Part shown: positions 59,013 through 64,000 of the stretch, one piece after another
Layout of the letters: each line of letters begins with the position of its first letter
Numbering within the stretch: position 1 is the stretch's first letter
DNA from: Pseudomonadota bacterium
Lineage (GTDB): Bacteria > Pseudomonadota > Gammaproteobacteria > Burkholderiales > Rhodocyclaceae
Reading direction: 5' to 3'
Assembly: GCA_022705135.1 (NCBI GenBank)
Contig: JAKJFA010000001.1
Location: forward strand, 13,300 to 77,299
Length of the DNA stretch: 64,000 bases
Notes under the pieces: model-generated
The model's database searches: none
What the model saw: the letters and a program-made list of their open reading frames with translations, nothing else
Told to the model about the DNA's origin: nothing
Made by a program: the position numbers and the translations under genes

Positions 59013-59753
59013 TCACGCCATCCACTCCGTCAATACCGGAATCTGCGCATAGTGCGTCAGGTCGATTTGCAAGGGCGTGATCGAAACCATGTCGCGCTCA
59101 AGGGCGTGGAAATCGGTTCCGCGGCCGGAATCCTGCGCCGCGCCAGCCGCGCCCACCCAATACACCGTCTCGTTGCGTGGCGTCACCATCTTCACCACCG
59201 ATTCCGCTTTATGGCGCTTGCCGAGCCGGGTCACCTCCATGCCCGCCAGGCGGTCATGCGGAATATCCGGAACATTGACATTGAGCAGCACCGGCTGGCG
59301 AATGGGCTGCCGGAGGAAGCGCTCAACCAGGCTGCGCGCCACCCGGCCCGCTGTCTCGTAATGCAGCGCCTCGAAACTGCCGAGCGAAACCGCCAGCGAC
59401 GGAATACCGAGCAGAAAGCCTTCCATGGCGGCGGCCACCGTTCCGGAATAAATGGTGTCATCCCCCATGTTGGGCCCCTGATTGATGCCGGAGACAATCA
59501 TGTCGGGCAGGTCGTCGAAGAGGCCGGTCACGGCCAGATGCACGCAATCCGTTGGCGTGCCATTGACGAAGAAAAAGTCATTGGCCGCCTTGCGCACTGT
59601 CAGCGGCCGATCCAGAGTCAGGGAGTTGCTGGCGCCGCTCTGGTTGCGCTCGGGCGCCACCACGACGATTTCCGCCAGTTCCGCCAGCGCGTCCGCCAGA
59701 ACCTGCAGGCCGGGGGCCAGATAACCATCGTCGTTGCTTACCAGAATACGCAT
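59013..59753 (-). CDS. surE: 5'/3'-nucleotidase SurE
   Basis: Start trimmed to ATG 59753 ([11 protein letters not shown]...). [24 protein letters not shown]. Confidence 0.95.
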   Translation of the reverse strand: MRILVSNDDGYLAPGLQVLADALAELAEIVVVAPERNQSGASNSLTLDRPLTVRKAANDFFFVNGTPTDCVHLAVTGLFDDLPDMIVSGINQGPNMGDDTIYSGTVAAAMEGFLLGIPSLAVSLGSFEALHYETAGRVARSLVERFLRQPIRQPVLLNVNVPDIPHDRLAGMEVTRLGKRHKAESVVKMVTPRNETVYWVGAAGAAQDSGRGTDFHALERDMVSITPLQIDLTHYAQIPVLTEWMA

Positions 59754-59801
59754 AAACTGCCTGCCTTGGGCCAAAATCAGCGCCGTATTTTAGCAGACTG
59801 G

Positions 59802-60085
59802 CTTAACAGGCTGTTGAAGAACTCCACGGGGTTGCGGCGCAGGCTTTCCGGGATGGGATGCACGAAAGGATGCGAAGCTAATGGTCGATCCCCTTGGCGA
59901 GCTTCCTGACAAAGCAGACCGCACGGAAAGACGCGCCCCTCCGGGTTTGCGCGAAAAATGCCCATCTGCATTGTTGCGCTCCTCGGCATCGTAGTCCCGG
60001 CTACGACCTTCGTCGCGCGTCGCGCATCTGAGCATTTTTCGTGTCAAACGCATTCTCCCGGCGAGTTTTTCAATAGCCTGTTAAC
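59802..60085. mobile_element. MITE-like non-autonomous element, copy B (284 bp)
   Basis: TIRs CTTAACAGGCTGTTGAAGAACTCC... and ...GAGTTTTTCAATAGCCTGTTAAC. The interior matches copy A at 14499-14918 minus the 136-bp block. It abuts an extra half-TIR, giving the 16-bp palindrome AGCCTGTTAACAGGCT at 60075-60090. Confidence 0.7.
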
Positions 60086-60211
60086 AGGCTGTTAAAGAAG
60101 CGCATTCCGGCCAAAGCCGGAATCCAGAAGAGAACACACTGGACCCCGGCTTGGCCATCTCTTGAAACGCCACTTTGCAATTGCCAAGGTGACGAAACCA
60201 TCCGCGTTTCG

Positions 60212-60796
60212 CTAAACGCTCAATCCATCGAGCGGGCTGATGACGCCGCGTCCGCCCCGGTTGAGCACATGCGTATAGATCATTGTGGTGGATACATCGG
60301 AATGGCCGAGCAATTCCTGCACGGTTCGGATGTCGTATCCCCCTTCCAGCAGATGCGTGGCGAAAGAATGGCGCAAGGTATGCGGCGTGGCCGGCTTGAC
60401 CAGACCGGCGTCGCGCACGGCCTGGCGAATCGCCCGCTGCACCGCCTGATCTTGCAGATGATGGCGCCGTACAGCGCCGCTGCGCGGGTCCTAGGACAGA
60501 TGTATGGAAGGAAAGACGTATTGCCAAGCCCATTCCCGTTCGGCGTTAGGATACTTGCGCGCCAGCGCGTAAGGCAGATACACCGCGCCGTTCCCGGCGG
60601 CCAGATCGGAATCATGCAGCGCCTTGACTTTGAGCAGATGATCTTTCAATGGTGTGCGCAAAGCAGCCGGCAGCATCGTGACGCGATCCTTGAAGCCCTT
60701 GCCATCGCGCACCAGAATCTGGTGCCCCGCGAAATCGACATCTTTGACCCGCAGCCGCAAGGCTTCCATGATGCGCAAGCCGGAACCATAGAGCAG
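60212..60796 (-). pseudogene. intI: Integron integrase intI, 5'-truncated (starts near the first catalytic Arg) and interrupted by an in-frame TAG at 60491-60493
   Basis: Translation reads [22 protein letters not shown]...[11 protein letters not shown]...[50 protein letters not shown]...[54 protein letters not shown]. It is collinear with IntI1 as I remember it, including the IntI-specific ALxRKYPxA...W...F insertion. ORFs 60491-60928 and 60212-60442 are in the same frame (48 nt apart). Confidence 0.85.
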
Positions 60797-60928
60797 ATTG
60801 GCGATCAGTTCCAGTAACTGGGTGCGGGCGACTTTCGGCTTCACCAACACCGCCTTGCCACGCTCATCTACCCCGTGAATTGCAAATACGTTCTTGGCGA
60901 GATCGATTCCAACAGTGATAATGCTCAT
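60797..60928 (-). mobile_element. Remnant of an IS110-family (DEDD) transposase gene: first ~44 codons only, fused in frame to the intI remnant
   Basis: [44 protein letters not shown] matches the highly conserved IS110-family N-terminus (VGIDLAKxxFxxHGVDxxGK). The rest of the transposase is absent. The junction position is +/- a few codons. Confidence 0.7.
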
Positions 60929-61041
60929 GGACTTCCCCTTTCGATGGTTTCAAATGGACGACTTCGACATCACCATTTTGGCACTCAACTGCCGTTCGCG
61001 GCTTCCGCCGCAGCCTCGGGACGGGGAAGTCCCTTTCATTC

Positions 61042-61048
61042 GTTATGC
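61042..61048 (+). other. Integron core site GTTATGC marking the 5' boundary of cassette 1 (crossover between G61042 and T61043)
   Basis: TTATGC is the exact complement of GCATAA in the R'' box of the same cassette's attC (62668-62674), as expected for a cassette excised and integrated at G/TT. Confidence 0.7.
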
Positions 61049-61071
61049 CCCATTCCGGGAGTCTCACTGCC

Positions 61072-62673
61072 ATGACTGAAAGGCGCACGTTAACCCTTCC
61101 GCGCATCAACGGTGCAACCGAATCCATAGAGACAACACAAAGCCTGTTATTCATCGGTGCGAATGGTTCCGGTAAGACACGCCTCGGCACATGGATTGAA
61201 ATCACTTCGCCTCAGCGCGAATTAGTTCATCGAATTTCCGCCCAAAAGTCGTTGTCGATGCCAGATTCGACGACACCAGTTTCAGTCGAGATTGCTGAGA
61301 AGAGCCTCTTATTTGGAAACCCGGACTGGAACTATCAACACAAACTCCATAAGTGGGGCAAGAAGCCAGCCACGATGCTTCTTAGCGATTACGAGAAGCT
61401 GATGGTCTTTTTGTTTTCAGATGAAACTGAAGAGAATGCGAAATTCAAGATTGCAGTTAAGGCCTGCACAACACGCATTGAGCCGCCAGTAACAAAAATA
61501 GACCTGGTCAAAGAGATATGGGAGAAGATACTTCCGCACCGCGAACTTGTAATCGGTGGCTTACGAGTTCAAACAAGAGTCAAGGGGCAATCCGAGAAGA
61601 TTTACAAATCATCGGAAATGAGCGACGGCGAGCGGGTTATTTTCTATTTAATTGGGCAATGTCTGGCAGCTCCAAAGAATGGAATCATCGTTATCGATGA
61701 ACCGGAGTTGCATCTTCACAAGTCAGTACAGGCACCTCTTTGGGCGGAAATTGAGAGGCTTAGAAGTGATTGCCTCTTTGTATATCTGACACACGATGTA
61801 GATTTCGCTGCCTCACAGGAAGGCGCAGCACGAATTTGGCTGAAATCTTTTGATGGCACATCGTGGGATTGGGAACCCATTAGTGCCGACGAAAATCTTC
61901 CGGACGATCTGTTGCTCGAAGTCCTGGGGAGCAGAAAACCAGTTGTATTCGTTGAAGGAGATAACGGAAGCTACGATGTCTCTTTGTATCGCGAGATGCT
62001 TCCTGGTTTTCTCGTTGTGGCAAGAGGCAGTTGCTCGCAAGTAATCGTCTCGGTCAAAGCACTGAAGGCCAATGCGCAGCTACATCACCTTAGTGTGTAT
62101 GGCATTGTGGATCGAGATCGAAGGGTACCTGAAGAAATTGCTGCCTTAGAAGCGGACTCGATCTTCGTCCTCACAGTTGCAGAAGTCGAAAATCTTTTCT
62201 GTACGGAGGAGGTAATAAAAATTGCCAGCAAAAGGCTTGCGCGCGATCCGACTGCTGACTTCCATAGAGTTTCTGATGAGATATTCAAGCGGCTTCAACA
62301 AGAGCTAGACATACAGGTTTCTCTGCGCGTCGCAAGTGAAATCAAGTTCCAGCTGAGCAAGTTTGACCAAAACATCAAAGGGGAGAGCGCGCTATCCGGC
62401 GCGCTAAATGCGCTTGCGCAAAGCATCGATGTGAAACAACTTTATACGACATGCATGAACACATTCTCGGAGATCATCGCCAATCGTGACTACGAAAAGT
62501 TACTGAGCACGTACAACCGCAAGTCATTGGCTAATCAGGCTAGCGGAGCGCTCGGATTGAAGAGCGGCGAACTGCCTGAATTGATTCTCAGACTAGCGAG
62601 AGGCGACTCCCGAGACGAGATTCGAGCAGCGTTGAAGAAGTACTTTGGAGGCTTTGGTGCTCATGTGGCATAA
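61072..62673 (+). CDS. Cassette 1 protein: ABC-type (AAA_21/AAA_15-like) ATPase fused to a C-terminal DUF4435/Toprim-like domain
   Basis: ATG 61072 (GGGAG 10 nt upstream); an alternative ATG 61045 lies inside the core site. Walker A FIGANGSGKT, Q-loop SAQKS, signature-like MSDGER, Walker B IIVIDEPELHLH, H-loop YLTHD. Then VVFVEGDNGSYDVSLY, GIVDRDRR and AEVENLF, typical of DUF4435. AT-richer than the flanks. Confidence 0.8.
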   Translation: MTERRTLTLPRINGATESIETTQSLLFIGANGSGKTRLGTWIEITSPQRELVHRISAQKSLSMPDSTTPVSVEIAEKSLLFGNPDWNYQHKLHKWGKKPATMLLSDYEKLMVFLFSDETEENAKFKIAVKACTTRIEPPVTKIDLVKEIWEKILPHRELVIGGLRVQTRVKGQSEKIYKSSEMSDGERVIFYLIGQCLAAPKNGIIVIDEPELHLHKSVQAPLWAEIERLRSDCLFVYLTHDVDFAASQEGAARIWLKSFDGTSWDWEPISADENLPDDLLLEVLGSRKPVVFVEGDNGSYDVSLYREMLPGFLVVARGSCSQVIVSVKALKANAQLHHLSVYGIVDRDRRVPEEIAALEADSIFVLTVAEVENLFCTEEVIKIASKRLARDPTADFHRVSDEIFKRLQQELDIQVSLRVASEIKFQLSKFDQNIKGESALSGALNALAQSIDVKQLYTTCMNTFSEIIANRDYEKLLSTYNRKSLANQASGALGLKSGELPELILRLARGDSRDEIRAALKKYFGGFGAHVA

Positions 62674-62736
62674 CCCTGCGGTCCACCGGACGCTGCGCGA
62701 TAAAGCCGCGCAGCGCCGGTGACCTCCACGTTGGCC
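62668..62736 (+). other. attC recombination site of cassette 1 (69 bp)
   Basis: R'' GCATAAC ... imperfect palindrome CACCGGACGCTGCGCG-ataaagc-CGCGCAGCGCCGGTG ... R' GTTGGCC. Overlaps the stop codon of the cassette ORF. Confidence 0.8.
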
Positions 62737-62764
62737 GTCATGAGGAAGCTCGTAAGGAGTCATC

Positions 62765-63847
62765 TTGGATAAACGCTATCAAGTATTCGTAAGTTCCTCC
62801 TATGAAGACCTTCGGGAGGAAAGGCAAGAAGTTATGCATGCTCTTCTCGAACTGGATTGCATCCCTTCTGGCATGGAGTTGTTTCCGGCTGCTGATGAAG
62901 ATCAGTGGACGTTGATCAAAAAGGTCATTTCCGAGTGCGACTACTACCTGATTATTTCCGGCGGACGGTACGGATCGATTGGGCCATCTGGACTGAGTTA
63001 CACGGAAATGGAATACAGGCACGCCCTAGATATTGGGAAGCCGATAATCGGGTTCCTTCATAAGGATCCAATGCAACTTCCGGCCGGGCGTTGCGAGCAA
63101 ACCGAAGATGGAAAGAAGAAACTTCTTGCACTGAGAGAGTTGGTACAAAAGAAAATGTGCAAGTTCTGGACAACGCCTGCCGAATTAGGATCTGTTGCTA
63201 GTCGCAGCCTAGTTCGATTAATCAAGACAACGCCGGCGGTGGGATGGATAAGAACCAATCAAGCGATGGACTCTGTAGCTGCCGGCGAGATTCTGAAGTT
63301 GAAAAAGACTATCGATGACCTGCAAACGAAGCTCCAAGAAGCGCGGCTTTCCGGGCCCAGTGGGAGCGAAAGTTTGTCTCAGGACGAAGACGAATTTGCC
63401 ATTCATTTCAAGTTTGAGACGAGAGATGCATCGAGGGAAGAATGGACTTGGGACTACGAGGTCGATTTAACATGGAATGAAATCTTTTACGACCTCGGCC
63501 CCGTGATGCTTAACGAAGCTTCTGATATTGATGTGCGTACTGCACTCAATCAAACCGTTCGAGAGCGTTCAAGAAAGTTGCGTGGTGCAGACAAGAATCT
63601 GAAAGGACATACGGCGTTGTCAAGAACGTTCACGGTTTCGGAACATGATTTTCAAACTGTCAAAATTCAGCTGATTGCCTTGGGCTTGATTGCAAAAAGC
63701 CAAAAGGCACGTAGCGTCAAAGATTCGCGGACCTTTTGGGCACTCACTCCTTATGGCGATCAGGTGCTGACCACACTGAGAGCAATTAGACGCGGTCCCG
63801 GACTTGAAGCGCCCGGCCCACAAGAGGACGCTGCGGAGGGTGAATGA
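62765..63847 (+). CDS. Cassette 2 protein: N-terminal DUF4062 domain, coiled coil, C-terminal possible winged-helix region
   Basis: TTG 62765 with perfect AAGGAG 5 nt upstream. YQVFVSSSYEDLREERQEVMHALLELDCIPSGMELFPA...CDYYLIISGGRYGS is the DUF4062 signature. ILKLKKTIDDLQTKLQEARL is the coiled coil. The C-terminal ...FWALTPYGDQVL is wHTH-like. Confidence 0.8.
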   Translation: MDKRYQVFVSSSYEDLREERQEVMHALLELDCIPSGMELFPAADEDQWTLIKKVISECDYYLIISGGRYGSIGPSGLSYTEMEYRHALDIGKPIIGFLHKDPMQLPAGRCEQTEDGKKKLLALRELVQKKMCKFWTTPAELGSVASRSLVRLIKTTPAVGWIRTNQAMDSVAAGEILKLKKTIDDLQTKLQEARLSGPSGSESLSQDEDEFAIHFKFETRDASREEWTWDYEVDLTWNEIFYDLGPVMLNEASDIDVRTALNQTVRERSRKLRGADKNLKGHTALSRTFTVSEHDFQTVKIQLIALGLIAKSQKARSVKDSRTFWALTPYGDQVLTTLRAIRRGPGLEAPGPQEDAAEGE

Positions 63848-63848
63848 C

Positions 63849-63915
63849 GGCCAACCACTCATTCCACCGGACCTGCGCGAAAAGCCGCGCAGGCCGGTGA
63901 ATTCAAACGTTGGCG
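63849..63915 (+). other. attC recombination site of cassette 2 (67 bp); cassette 3 begins at 63910 and runs off the window
   Basis: R'' GGCCAAC ... CACCGGACCTGCGCG-aaaagc-CGCGCAGGCCGGTG ... R' GTTGGCG. The R'' is the exact complement of the GTTGGCC at the cassette 1/2 junction. Confidence 0.85.
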
Positions 63916-64000
63916 TCTTCACGCAGCCATGGAATATTTCGCGGCAGTAGTCCCTAAATCAGAATCTGAACTTGTGTCTGTGTTCCCCTTTAGCCCTTTC

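Noticed and set aside
59802-60085. Considered whether the TTAACAGGCTGTTGAA repeat is itself an attC site or part of the integron
   Set aside because: It lies on the wrong (3') side of intI and has a second copy 45 kb away beside folD. It is 284-420 bp long and bears no resemblance to the 67-69-bp attC sites that bound the cassettes.

Overview
About 64 kb of a roughly 60 % GC proteobacterial chromosome. I ran no database search: every family call rests on motifs I could read in the translations, and GC statements are by eye. The gene order looks betaproteobacterial, Rhodocyclales- or Burkholderiales-like (taxon is an inference): mutM / TPR-lolB-ispE-tRNA-Gln-prs-rplY-pth-ychF, surE-pcm-nlpD-rpoS, and porin-glnK-amtB.

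Most of the window is core metabolism and signalling:
- A six-gene minus-strand two-component / c-di-GMP cluster (1-10786).
- rdgC, tsaC(sua5), purE, folD, lutABC, thrH, purU.
- A 1052-aa multi-PAS histidine kinase with a near-identical internal tandem duplication.
- glnK-amtB with a sigma-54 promoter.
- comM, potABCD, a flavodiiron-rubredoxin-reductase fusion gene, a hybrid kinase, MoxR-DUF4129-DUF58, pagL-like, pit.

Accessory content:
1. The right end (60.2-64.0 kb) is a decayed chromosomal integron. It has an intI pseudogene that is 5'-truncated, fused to the first ~44 codons of an IS110-family transposase, and carries an in-frame TAG. Divergent from it are at least two complete AT-richer gene cassettes bounded by attC sites whose core sites are complementary across cassette boundaries.
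2. Cassette 1 encodes an ABC-type ATPase fused to a DUF4435/Toprim-like domain (OLD/PARIS/Gabija-like logic). Cassette 2 encodes a DUF4062-domain protein. Together these are the best candidate for an undescribed (defence-type) system.
3. A MITE-like element is present in two copies (14.5 kb and 59.8 kb).
4. A small AT-rich islet after comM carries an Rx4H (HEPN-like) ORF.
5. A RelE/XRE toxin-antitoxin pair plus a truncated GNAT gene lie between mutM and potD.
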